Below the pieces are notes generated by a model, which saw nothing but the letters and a program-made list of their open reading frames with translations, had not been told where the DNA came from and did not search any database. Source: the human T2T-CHM13v2.0 reference genome, Homo sapiens. From it: a DNA stretch of 64,000 nucleotides. The stretch's first letter is position 1. The number at the start of each line of letters is the position of its first letter. The stretch is taken from positions 41,984,001 through 42,048,000 of the forward strand of contig CP068257.2 of the NCBI GenBank assembly GCA_009914755.4, in the 5' to 3' direction. Positions 30,559 through 42,330 of the stretch are shown one piece after another. A program made the translations under genes and the position numbers.

Positions 30559-30866
30559 GGCCAGGCGCGGCGGCTCAAGCCTGTAATCCCAGCGATCAGG
30601 GAGGCCGCCGCGGGAGGATTGCTTGAGCCCAGGAGTTTGAGACCAGCTTGGGCAACATAGCGAGACACCGTCTCTACAAAAAAATAACAAATAGTGGGGC
30701 GTGATGGCGCGCGCCTGTAGTCTCAGCTACTTGGGCGGTCGAGATGGGAGGATCGATCGAGTCTGGGAGGTCGAGGCTGCAGTGAGCCAGGATCACCGCC
30801 AAGATCGCGCCACTGCATTCCAGCCTGGGCGACAGAGGGAGACCCTGTCTCAAAAACAAACAAAAA
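30559..30866 (+). mobile_element. Alu (J/S-like) embedded in the CpG island between the two genes; 16-bp TSD AAAGATCCTGGACCGT / AAAAATCCTAGACCGT
   Basis: GGCCAGGCGCGGCGGCTCAAGCCTGTAATCCCAGCGATCAGGGAGGCCGCCGCGGGAGG.... About 22 CpGs survive by hand count. The TSD is at 30543-30558 and 30863-30878. Confidence 0.85.
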
Positions 30867-31207
30867 ATCCTAGACCGTTTACAAACAGCCTTCCGTCTCT
30901 TCCTGGTCAAGTCCTAACCCTGGCTAACCTCGCCGTCTACAGCCTGAATTTTGGCAACCGAAAGGCAGCGCCGGCGCCACGTGCACACGGGCTGGGCCGC
31001 TCCGCCAGCTGCCAGGGCCACTGCCGCGCTCACTCCCAGAGCGCGCTGCGAGCCGCGGCGCCTTTGTGACGCCATCAGCCCGCGCGCCGCCGCCGCCGCC
31101 TTCTGTGCAGTCGCGGCCCGGGCGGACGGTGGCTGGCTGCTCCGCAGCGCTCGGCTGGCTGCAGCGGCACCGCGGGTTGCGCGGCCGGGGATGCTCCAGC
31201 GGGCGCG

Positions 31208-31337
31208 ATGGCCCCCGCCATGCAGCCGGCCGAGATCCAATTTGCCCAGCGGCTGGCGTCCAGCGAGAAGGGCATCCGGGACCGAGCGGTGAAGAAGCTG
31301 CGCCAGTACATCAGCGTGAAGACGCAGAGGGAGACAG
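31208..31337 (+). CDS. RRP1B: RRP1B exon 1 coding part (MAPAMQPAEIQFAQRLASSEKGIRDRAVKKLRQYISVKTQRETG-); the 5'UTR starts upstream, roughly 31050-31100, not resolved
   Basis: ATG at 31208 has a strong Kozak context (G at -3, G at +4). The ORF track gives MAPAMQPAEIQFAQRLASSEK.... Donor CAG|GTGGGC lies at 31338. Confidence 0.93.
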
Positions 31338-31825
31338 GTGGGCGCACGGCCGCGGTCAGCCGCGCCACATGGCGGGCCGGGGGCCGGGGCTGGGGCTAGG
31401 GCCAGGGCCCCGGCACGGAATGCGGCTTCCACGTGTTGTCGTGACACCCAGCGTGTGCTTCGGTTTCCGCGCTGCCGGAACCGCTTCTTGCTGTGTCTAG
31501 TGCCTTTTTACACTTAAGGAAACGGGTTGAGGGGGTTCCGTTACTTATGAAAGTCACAGTAAGCGGGGAAGCTGAGAAAAGACCCACATGGGTCCGATTC
31601 CCCAGCCGGCATCTCGAATCACTGGGCTGCCCTGATTTGCCCTGGTGTCCGGTCGGTGATTGCCGCCTTCCTTTGACCAGCACCTTTACGTGACGGGGCT
31701 GCAGGAGAGAAGACAGACAAAATCACTACCCTCGAGGATCTATTAGTAATAAAGCAAGGAGGCAAACAGGCAAATAAAGTAGACCTTGTGTAAGTGTAGT
31801 AAAGGAAATGAAAACCAGGTAGCAG

Positions 31826-32140
<315 letters not shown>

Positions 32141-34289
32141 CAGATAATAGCAAAAAGGGAAGGAGGTTGCTCTTCTTGATAGGCTGTTCTGGGAAGGCCT
32201 CTCTGGGCTGATAATCAGCTCAGATCTGAAGAGAAATGAGCGGAAACCGCCTATGCAGAGGCAGGAAAGAGCTTCACGTGCCCTAGGAGTGGTTTGAAAG
32301 ACCAATAAGTTGGGGTTGGGGGGGCGAGTGTTATGAGATGAAGTTGGAGATGTAGGCAGTGGCCAGATCACACAGGGCTTTGTAGTTTAGATTTTAACGG
32401 CACTGCTGTTGGATGATTTCATTTACCTGATCCAAAAATACTTTCTATAAACTCTTGAGTGAGCCCATACAATATGAACTACAATGTGTAATAGAGGTTT
32501 TAAGATAAAGTTTTATTTAGTTACTGATGGTACTAATACATTTAGAATCTGCTTAAAAGAACAGATATTATCTCCCCCATCACTGACATTCTCAGTTTGT
32601 TTTATTTTTAAGAGAAATCACCAGACTACCCAAAAAAAGAAAATACACTTTCCTGGGAAGTCTGATAGAAAAAGGAATAAAGACCAAAATTCCTGACTTT
32701 GATTCTGTTAAGAATCTCCCCAAGAGATTTTGTTTAGTCTCACAGTTCCAGGTACCCCATATATGCTGGTGGTTTCTAAACCTAAATTGTTGTCCCAGCC
32801 CATTCCTACTTGCAGCTCGGATGTGCCTTGCTAGCCTGGCTTCTCTACCTGGCACCTCACACTCAGGATGCCAAAAAAAGTTCTGTTTTCTTTCCCCGAA
32901 ATCCTGTTCTCTGCTGCTGCTCCACTGCCACCTGTTTTCTTTTCTTTTGGTTGCTGGTTCCCACCAGCCATTCAGATTCCAGCCGGACACACGGGATTGT
33001 CCTGGACTCCTCTGAATTCCTCATCCTCTTCCCCTGGCCCACATCCAGTGGGAGGACCCCCGTCCTCCCTCGTTCACCTCCTGATGACATAAATTCTTGA
33101 CCGTGGGCTCTTTGTATCTCACCGAAACTTCTGCGCCCGCATATTCCCCAACTGGTCTCCTTAACTTCACTTGTGTCCCCAGGAATCTGTCCTCCACAGA
33201 CCAGCCCAGGGTCATCTTCCTAAAACAAATCTGATCCCACATCACCAATATTTTTTGAAATTCAGTGTCTGCAAGTCATGATCTGTCCTCAGGTGCTCTT
33301 CCTGCCTAAGCCCCGTGTAACTGCTTCATGTTCCGTCAACAGAATCGGTGATGGTTCTTGGTGTACAGCACACAATTTCTCACCTCTCTGCCTTTGCTTC
33401 TCCTGTTCACTCTGCAAAGAATCCCACACCTTCTTCACTGCCAGCATTCAGTTCAGTATCACTTCCTTCAAAAAGCCTCGCCTAGCATCTTGCCCTACTC
33501 CTCCAGGGTTCTAAAACATCCATTGTGTCTCTGTTGTAGCACTTAGCTACATTGCTTCTTAATTATCAATGTGTCATCCTTCTCCCGAAACACCGTAAGC
33601 TTCCATCTGTTTTCTTAGCCAGAAGTGGGAGTACATGCAACCGTAAAAGGTCTTGGCCTGTACAAGAGTGGAAGACCAGAGGCAATACTTACGGTGCTAA
33701 GACAGCCTAGACAGAGCCTTTTGCTCAAACCCTTTGGTGAGCCAGCCCAGGATTTGCAAATGCAGAGGTTATGCGGGGGCCTAAGACCAGTTTACACCAG
33801 TGCTCCAGAGTCCTGTCTGGTTAGTGCCTATCACACCCAGAGTGACTTGTCTTGTATATCTTGTTCACCACCACATTGCATGGAGTACAGTGGACCTTCA
33901 GAAAATAACTCCGCAGCATGAACGTCGTGGACAGTGATAATGGGACAAGAAAACACAAGGTCTCCACCACAGCTATGCCCCATCACAATTACAGCACAAG
34001 TTTGGAAATAACTTGGCCTGACATTCGACTCCCGATGACAGGCTCCAACTTTTCTGCATCTTGTCTTAGGCATCATAAAGGAAATGTGAGCTATCACTCT
34101 TCCTGAAACATGAGCTGTTCTGCAGCAACATCAATAGATAGCTTTGTCATTTTAAAAATAAATTGGAAATCTTTGTATTGCTTTAAGTAACAGTGTTGCG
34201 CTCTTGCTTTAACTGTTCAAGTTGGGTGCTCACAGTCATAAAATGATCACTCTCCATGGCTTTCATCCATAAGAGCTTATTTGTCCCAA

Positions 34290-34420
34290 TTCATTCATTC
34301 ATTCATATATTTAGCAAACATTTATGGAGTGCCAACTGTGTACTATTATGTACGCTATTCTTGGCACTGGGAATATAGCAGTGAACAAAACAGACCATCC
34401 CTGCCTATCTTATCAGTTCT
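34290..34420 (-). mobile_element. MIR (mammalian-wide interspersed repeat) 3' core
   Basis: CATTCATTCATTCATTCATATATTTAGCAAACATTTATGGAGTGCCAACTGTGTACTATTATGTACGCTATTCTTGGCACTGGGAATATAGCAGTGAACAAAACAGAC is the reverse complement of the MIR ...GCCTGGCACATAGTAGGTGCTCAATAAATATTTGTTGAATGAATGAA. Confidence 0.7.
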
Positions 34421-34821
34421 GCAACTTTAAAAATATTGACTAAAATGGGGAGGCATCCCAAAATCAACCCAGTGACAATTTCATTTGTATCATTGCTTTC
34501 TTTTTGGCAGCATACAAAATAACAGTACATCTTATGGTTGATGCTATATTAGATTCAGTGTAGATGATGGAGGATATAAGTTTTTTTATAATGATGGGGT
34601 TAGGGTTCTCTCTATCCAAGAGTTATAATAAATAGAAGTTGTGGATGTTCTGACACTGGGGTGTGTTCAAGTTTAACACTTTACCCCCATCTAAAATGGC
34701 TTCTGGGCTCATTGCGTGGTGAGAGTGGCTGTTGGATTTGCTCATTTCAAAACTTACTAATATTTCACATGTCTACATGTCTCACTTTGATGTTTACCTC
34801 GTTTGTTTTGTGTGTTTTTGT

Positions 34822-35404
<583 letters not shown>

Positions 35405-35699
35405 TACCTCATTCATTTTGAAATAAATAAACCTATATTGTATTGTTGTAAAAACAGTAGTATTAAGTTTAAGAAATTTAGCCCCAAGAAGAAAATAGAG
35501 AAGACAAGACTGATGAAACCAAACTGCTTCAGATAATGTACTTTGCCTTTCAGAGCTTTGAAAGTAATTCAGTAATGAGCATTTCTCTCTTTTACTTTGA
35601 ATACTTCAAAAATTGGTGGCTTGTTTTTATTAGATTCCTAGGTGAACACACACACACAGACATAAATGGAAAATAGATGTTTTAAAAGGGAACAAAATG

Positions 35700-35900
35700 G
35701 GCCGGGCGCAGTGGCTCACGCCTGTAATCCCAACACTTTGGGAAGCCGAGGCGGGTGGATCACCTGAGGTTGGGAGGCTGAGGGAGGAAAATCACCTGAA
35801 CCCGGGAGGCAGTGAACCAAGATCGCACCATTGCACTGCAGCCTGGGCAACAAGAGTAAAACTCCGTCTCAAAAAAAAAAAAAAAAAGAAAAAGAAAAAA
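35700..35900 (+). mobile_element. Alu with a ~95-bp internal deletion but intact 16-bp TSD AAAAGGGAACAAAATG
   Basis: GGCCGGGCGCAGTGGCTCACGCC...GATCACCTGAGGT|TGGGAGGCTGAGGGAGGAAAATCACCTGAACCCGGGAGGCAGTGAACCAAGATCGC.... The TSD is at 35684-35699 and 35896-35911. Confidence 0.8.
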
Positions 35901-36187
35901 GGGAACAAAATGTAAAATGTATTCCTAGGAATAGAAAGTGAGACAATTATTATTGTAATCTCTCACCAACTCAATAGTGCTTTGTTCTTACAGTGTTTCA
36001 CACGTCTTGGGCTTGACCCTAACAATAAATCTTTCATATAGTATAGGTGATAGAACTGAGGCCCAAAAGTCAGTTGACAGTTTTCTGATACTGGGCCCCT
36101 GTCAGCAGGAAGCTGGGGCCTGAGCCAAGGTTTGTTTCCGTGCTACTCTGTTGCCTCCTAGAAAAGAGACAATCAGAGTATCTTTTC

Positions 36188-36550
36188 TCATTGTATTAGC
36201 CTGTTCTCACGCTGCTAATAAAGACACTCCGGAGACTGGGTAATTTATAAAGGAAATAGGTTTAATGGACTCACAGTTCCACATGGCTGGGGAGGCCTCA
36301 CAATCATGGCAGACAGCAAAGGAGAAACAAAGCAAAGGCAGGTCATCCATGGCGGCAGGCAAGCGGGTATGTGCAGGAGAGCTCCCCTTTATAAAACCGT
36401 TAGATCTCATGAGACTTATTCAGTCTCACGAGAACAGCATGAGAAAAACCCGTCCCCGTGATTCAGTTACCTCCCACTGGGTCCCTCCCACCACGTGGGG
36501 ATTATTACAATTCAAGGTGAGATTTGGGTGGGGACACAGCCAACCCATAT
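36188..36550 (-). mobile_element. THE1-family MaLR LTR
   Basis: TTGTATTAGCCTGTTCTCACGCTGCTAATAAAGACACTCCGGAGACTGGGTAATTTATAAAGGAAATAGGTTTAATGGACTCACAGTTCCACATGGCTGGGGAGGCCTCACAATCATGGCAGA... is the reverse complement of the THE1 LTR. Confidence 0.8.
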
Positions 36551-37099
36551 TACTCACCCAGCCCACTTTGCTGCCCACTGTCCAGGGTCTGTTGTCACTC
36601 CGTCAGAATCTACTGTTTTCCATTATGAACGCCTCTGTAGCACATCATACTGTGCCTTTGCCTGTTACAGGTGTGGGCTATCCATAGCAGATGCTAGGCA
36701 GACCACATTATCACTTACTGTTGGCTTGACCCAATGGTATACTTACAAAACCATCTGGAAATAAATATGCTGTTTTTAAGTGAGAAAGACCAGAATACAG
36801 AATATTATGCCATTTAGGTCACACACACAACTGTGCTTTTCTGCACTACCTGTAACTGTTCTGTAAATAAATGCCCAGGAAAGATCTGGAAAGATACACA
36901 TCAGACAGGTTGCATCAGTCCCTCTGGTTCAGAGCCTGGGATTCAGGAGGCAGGGAGCAAGACAAGCTTGTGATTATATCACTTTGATGGTGGTAAGGTT
37001 CTTTGCAATAAACGTGTTTTTATTAGTTAGGACTCTTTCAGTTGCAACTTGACAGAACATCTACGCCATGCTAGTTTTATTTTATTTTATTTATTTGTT

Positions 37100-37196
37100 T
37101 ATTTTTTGAGATGGAGTCTTGCTCTGTCGCTCAGGCTGGAGTGCAGTGGTGCGATCTTGGCTCACTGAAACCTCCGCCTCCTGGGTTCCAGCGGAA
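37100..37196 (-). mobile_element. Alu 5' fragment abutting the LTR
   Basis: TTTTTTGAGATGGAGTCTTGCTCTGTCGCTCAGGCTGGAGTGCAGTGGTGCGATCTTGGCTCACTGAAACCTCCGCCTCCTGGGTTCCAGCGG. Confidence 0.75.
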
Positions 37197-37470
37197 CCCT
37201 TGGTGCCATTCTCAGGATTAAATGAGCGCGCACTCCTAGTTCCTGTGGGATCTGACTGTTAAAGAGCCTGGCACCTTCCTCCTCCCTTGCTATGTGACAT
37301 GACAACTCCCCTTCCCCTCCAGCCAAGATGGGACACTCCCTGAGGTCCTCACCAGAAGCAGATGCTGGAGCCATGCTTGTACAGCCTGCAGAGCCTCGAG
37401 CCAAATAAACCTCTTAGCGTCAGGTGTTCCTTTATAGCAGCGCAACAGACTAAGACAGTGATGCAACTGG
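37197..37470 (+). mobile_element. MaLR LTR 3' half (MST/MLT1-like)
   Basis: ...CACCAGAAGCAGATGCTGGAGCCATGCTTGTACAGCCTGCAGAGCCTCGAGCCAAATAAACCTCTTAGCGTCAGGTGTTCCTTTATAGCAGCGCAACAGACTAAGACA. Confidence 0.7.
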
Positions 37471-37980
37471 AAGTGCAGGAGCATTAACCAGCTTAAACCC
37501 AAAGAGAGGATTTGAAGGACCCAGGTTACTGCATGGGGTCAGGCTCAGGGCACTCCTTGTCCTTGCTGGGCAGCTACATTGGGATTTCCCTCCAAGGCTC
37601 TCCACCTTCAAGCAGGGTGTGGAGGGACTCTGTGGTCTGGGTGGGGCTTACCCCACGTGGAGAGGCGGCGGCTTCTGCCAATTCAGCAGAATTCCCTTGG
37701 CCACAGGACAGGTTCAAGAAAAGCCAAGTGACCCTCTGCAGGTAAAAATCTTCTTGCTCAGTCCTTAGGAGTTTCTAGCTCTCTCCTTACTGGACTTGAA
37801 GAGAACACACAGTTTGTACCTGCTCCCAGCCACCTTGTAACACAGGTGGAGCCTGTCTGAGAATGGAGACAATCTTTGGGGCAGCAGAGGTTGCAGTGGA
37901 GAAAAACAAGGTGCTGGCACCAGCAGTTGAGCTCCTGCACAAAGTTGTGCTTCACTTTCCCCCTTAAAACTAGCATGGCT

Positions 37981-38280
<300 letters not shown>

Positions 38281-38759
38281 TTAATAGCATGAAATATCCA
38301 ATCTGTTTAGTTTTTCTCATCAAATGTTTTTTATGAGCAATCCAAATGAGGACCACCCACTGCATTTGGTTAATATGTCTGCCAAGACGCTCTTAAAATC
38401 TAACAGTTCTTACCCATCTTTTTCTGTACAGTTTATTTGTTGGGGACATAGGTCATATGCCTTGTAGAGTTTCACATATTTGGGGTTTGTTGACTGCATC
38501 CTGTTGTCTCACTTACCATGTTCCTCTGTCCCCTGTATTTCCTATAAACTAATATTAATAGTTAAGATTTGACACAGTTGGGTGTTTTTTTTTTTGACAC
38601 TTACTTTTGTAAGAATACTTCATAGGTTGGTGCAGCGTTCTTCCTGTTGGCATCACCTCTGGCATCTGATGCGTGATTATTGCCTGTGCATGTTAATGAT
38701 CGGTCGGTGGGTTTGGGTGTTGATGGTCTGACACATCCACTTTCAAGTTTCTTAATATC

Positions 38760-39078
38760 GTTTGTTTGTTTGTTTGTTTGTTTGTTTGAGAGACAGAGTT
38801 GCTCTGTTGCCCAGGTTGGAGTGCAGTGGCACGATTATAGCTTACTGCAGCCTCAAATTCCTGGGCTCAGGTCATCCTCCCACTTCAGCCACCTGAGTAC
38901 TTGGGACTACAGGCACATGCCACCATGCTCTGCCAATTTTTTGGTTTTGTTGTTGGTGTGTGTGTGTGTGTGTTTAAGACAGGGTCTTGCTCTGTCGCCC
39001 AAGCTCCATGGAGTACAATGTTGTAGAGATTGGGTTTTGCTGTGTTGCCCAGGCTGGTCTCAAACTCCTGAGCTCAAG
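38760..39078 (-). mobile_element. AluJ with a (TTTG)n head and an internal (TG)n-containing disruption
   Basis: (TTTG)6 GAGAGACAGAGTTGCTCTGTTGCCCAGGTTGGAGTGCAGTGGCACGATTATAGCTTACTGCAGCCTCAAATTCCTGGGCTCAGG...GTGTGTGTGTGTGTGTTTAAGACAGGGTCTTGCTCTGTCGCCCAAGCTCCATGGAGTACAATG... Confidence 0.7.
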
Positions 39079-39469
39079 TGAGCCGCCACGCCTGGGTGAT
39101 ATCTTTTCATCTAATGTTTTAGCAGCTATTTATGATCCTTGCCCAAAGCCTTCAATTCACTGGGGATATATGTGGTCTTTGAACATGATTAAATATAAGT
39201 GCAGGTCACTGTGGCCAAGAAAAAAAAAGTTACTGCAATCATGACCGCAGTTGGCTCAGCTCTAGTGGGGTTTATTACTCATACCATACTTACATTATCC
39301 ACGTGAGGATCCCCAGGCATGACTTGTTCATAACAAGAGGGCAAGAGAACCAGTTGGTACATCTTCTCTCCAACTGTGAAAGGGAATATACTTTAATAAA
39401 CTAGTTTTATGTTAGTTCCTGATATCCTGGTTTTACATGGAAAACTATCATAAAAGAATCAAAATGCAG

Positions 39470-39781
<312 letters not shown>

Positions 39782-39906
39782 TTATAAAATTGTTGATGGG
39801 AGAAAGACCCTTAGCAAAGTGGAAATCAATACCTGTAAATTAAGGTTAACGCACTCTGAATACACTAAACAAACTTTGGTCCATTAAAAGGTCTTTTTGT
39901 CACTTT

Positions 39907-40211
39907 TTTTTTTTTTTTTAAGAGACGGACTCTCGCTCTGTCGCCCAGGCTGGAGTGCAGTGGCGCAATCTCAGCTCACTGCAAAGTGCAAACTCCACCT
40001 CCTGGGTTCACACCATTCTACTGCCTCAGCCTCTGGAGTAGCTGGGACTATAGGCGCCCGCCACCATACCCGGCTAATTTTTTTTGTATTTTTAGTAGAG
40101 ACGGGGTTTCACTGTGTTAGTGAGGATGGTCTTGATCGTCTGACCCCGTGATCCGCCCACCTCAGCCTCCCAAAGTGCTGAGATTACAGGCATGAGCCAC
40201 CGCGTCTGGCC
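39907..40211 (-). mobile_element. AluY-like; 16-bp TSD CTTTTTGTCACTTTTT
   Basis: The TSD is at 39891-39906 and 40212-40227. T15 AAGAGACGGACTCTCGCTCTGTCGCCCAGGCTGGAGTGCAGTGGCGCAATCTCAGCTCACTGCAA... Confidence 0.88.
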
Positions 40212-40582
40212 CTTTTTGTCACTTTTTAAGCATCTTTTGGAGTATTAAGATCACATTGATTCTAAATATTTGTTTGCATTCATCTAGTTTATAGCACTTT
40301 GTTGCTCCAAAAGATTTCTCCTAGGATCTCCTAGTAAAATCCTAATAAAGACCATTTGTAACACACATCAAGACTTGAGGATTCTGTTTGTGTTCTAATT
40401 TCATGTATCCATAGGCTCGGAAACTCCAAGACTGTACACCTACCTTATCATTTTGTGATTCTTTATGTCAGTCAGCAAATACTTTATGACACCTGGGGTC
40501 TACTCAGGAGATTTAAGGCTGAACGAGACTGGTCACTCAATCATAGATCATGAAGGCAGAGGTAGAGCCCTGAGTAGCTAGA

Positions 40583-40815
40583 GTCAGAACAAAGCCAACC
40601 CTGGTGATGCTGCAGTAAATGATCACCGTTACAGGGAGGGTGATTGACAAAGCCAACCTGGTGATGCCACAGTAAATGATCACCGTTGCAGGGAGGGTGA
40701 TTGACAAAGCCAACCTGGTGATGCCACAGTAAATGATCACCGTTGCAGGGAGGGTGATTGACAAAGCCAACCTGGTGATGCCACAGTAAATGATCACCGT
40801 TACAGGGAGGGTGAC
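40583..40815. repeat. 58-bp minisatellite x ~4.3 (ACAAAGCCAACCTGGTGATGCCACAGTAAATGATCACCGTTGCAGGGAGGGTGATTG) in RRP1B intron 1
   Basis: The copies differ only at GCTGCAG/GCCACAG, GTTACAGG/GTTGCAGG and the last unit (GACTGG). This yields the repeating peptide IIYCGITRLALSITLPATV in ORF track 40537-40797(-). Confidence 0.92.
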
Positions 40816-41426
40816 TGGGAGGCAGCCACTTTTGACCTTATACTAGGATCCTTAAAAGGTAATTTTTGCAAAAATATTCCAAAGCAGCGTCAGTGTCCCC
40901 AGGCCCTTTCCTAGGCCTTTGACTTTCAGATGTACTGTTTGGAGCTCCTGTGTCCTCAGCCTGGCTGGTTTTCTGTTCCTCGGAAGTGGGGCTGCCCGTT
41001 GCTGGGGCTTCATATGACTTGAGCAGGTCCCCCGCATCTCTTGTAAGATTTGCAGTTTTACTTCACAAGACCAGCGAAAATGTCAGTGTGCAGGATGGCT
41101 GCACGTGGTGGGCGGGGAGGGCGTTGATGAGGAGCCGATTTCATAAGTGGCCACTTTGTTCATGAATTTTGTGTTGTGATGACATTTGCTTCCTCACGCT
41201 GAGGCCGGGCCACCACTGCCACCCTACCCTGTAGCTGATAAAGCTGCAGGTACAGTAGTAATTTATTTGTGTTTCTTTTATAACAATAAGGAAATGTTTG
41301 CTTCAATTTTTTAAAAAGACGTGCAAACGAAAGAGAATTAAAATGTATGTGATACTTCACCACTTTCTAAACTTGAAGAAAAGAGATGCATAGACTCTAA
41401 GATGTTTGTATTGTTTTGCCTTCCAG

Positions 41427-41509
41427 GAGGTTTCAGTCAGGAAGAACTTCTGAAAATCTGGAAGGGGCTCTTCTACTGCATGTGGGTGCAGGATGAACCC
41501 CTTCTACAG
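41427..41509 (+). CDS. RRP1B: RRP1B exon 2 ([28 protein letters not shown])
   Basis: Acceptor CCTTCCAG|GAGG and donor CTACAG|GTAACA. The 83 nt restore phase 0. Confidence 0.93.
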
Positions 41510-42104
41510 GTAACATGCGTTCCCTTTGTCATGCTCCCGGGTTCTTGCTGTGGATGGATAAGAGACTTGATCACTCATGCTGTGCCAGTCCCCCGATACA
41601 CTGACGCACACTGACAGTCATGCTTCAAGGAGTCATTTTCGTACCTCTTGTCCATACAGAAAGGGATGCAGGGTCAACACAGTTAGGTGAATTGTCTTTT
41701 CAAATAAAAGGAAAGATGTGCATTCGTTGTCAATTTACTATTTCTCTGTAAAATTTCATAGGTTCCATGCTAGGTTTTACATTACTTAAAGTTTCTCTCT
41801 TCTGGTAAGTTTATTTTTTGTGGTCAAGGATGGCATGACAGGAGCACTAACTAGTCAAGACCCTGTGAAACCCAGGAGAGGGCAGCCGCGTCACTGGGCT
41901 TCGGGTTCCATGGAGAGCAGCAGTAGCGCTCAGCGAAAGCCTCCCTGTTAAAGCCGAGTGCGCCTGCGCAGTCACCCAAACGCGCAGCAGGCTCGGTCTC
42001 TCTGTGCGGGGCCTGCTGAGCCCGCTAAGCCCACCACCAAAGCCAACACTAAAGATGTGACTTTCACTTTTTAAAAGCTTTGTTCTGACCCATGAAAGTA
42101 GATC

Positions 42105-42330
42105 CGATCTGCCTCTGTAGAGGGAGAGCAGGCTTGTCCAACCCACAGCCACATGTGGCCCAGGATGGCTTTGAATGCAGCCCAACACAAATTCGGAAAC
42201 TTTCTTAGGACCTTATGAGATTTTTTTTTTTAAGCTCTTCACTATTACTAGTGTTAGTGTATACTGTGTGTGGCCCAAGACAGTTCTTCCAGTGTGACCC
42301 AGGGAAGGCAAAAGACTGGACACCCCTGAG
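42105..42330 (-). mobile_element. MER1-type hAT-Charlie MITE (RRP1B intron 2)
   Basis: GCTTGTCCAACCCACAGCCACATGTGGCCCAGGATGGCTTTGAATGCAGCCCAACACAAATTCGGAAACTTTCTTAGGACCTTATGAGATTTTTTTTTTAAGCTC...GTGTGGCCCAAGACAGTTCTTCCAGTGTGACCCAGGGAAGGCAAAAGACTGGACACCCCTG is the reverse complement of MER1 (CAGGGGTGTCCAATCTTTTGGCTTCCCTGGGCCACA...). Confidence 0.7.

Larger units (their letters stand above)
29250..31500. promoter_or_regulatory. CpG island spanning HSF2BP exon 1 and RRP1B exon 1: divergent or shared promoter region
   Basis: Very high GC and CpG density. The ATGs point in opposite directions (29639- / 31208+). Motifs present: GC-box GGGCGG (31120-31125), E-box CACGTG (30978-30983), E2F-like GCGCGGGAA (29706-29714), and a GCCAT (YY1-like) core near 31068. 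There is no TATA box. Confidence 0.8.

Noticed and set aside
30914-31500. ORFs antisense to and overlapping RRP1B exon 1 (30914-31447 minus, 31066-31500 plus, 31075-31368 minus)
   Set aside because: These are GC-driven. The translations are Ala/Arg/Gly/Pro low-complexity, and there is no evidence of an antisense gene.
36188-37470. Possible full-length endogenous retrovirus (LTR ... LTR)
   Set aside because: The two LTR pieces are in opposite orientations (THE1-type minus at 36188-36550, MaLR 3' half plus at 37197-37470) and are only about 650 bp apart with no internal gag/pol-like sequence. They are independent solo-LTR fragments.
40537-40797. 86-aa ORF with a thrice-repeated peptide IIYCGITRLALSITLPATV
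   Set aside because: This is a translation artefact of the 58-bp VNTR. The unit length is not a multiple of 3, so the periodic peptide is coincidental to the stop-free frame.
40583-40815. Possible CRISPR-like regular repeat array
   Set aside because: The units are contiguous with no unique spacers. The context is a human intron. This is a minisatellite.
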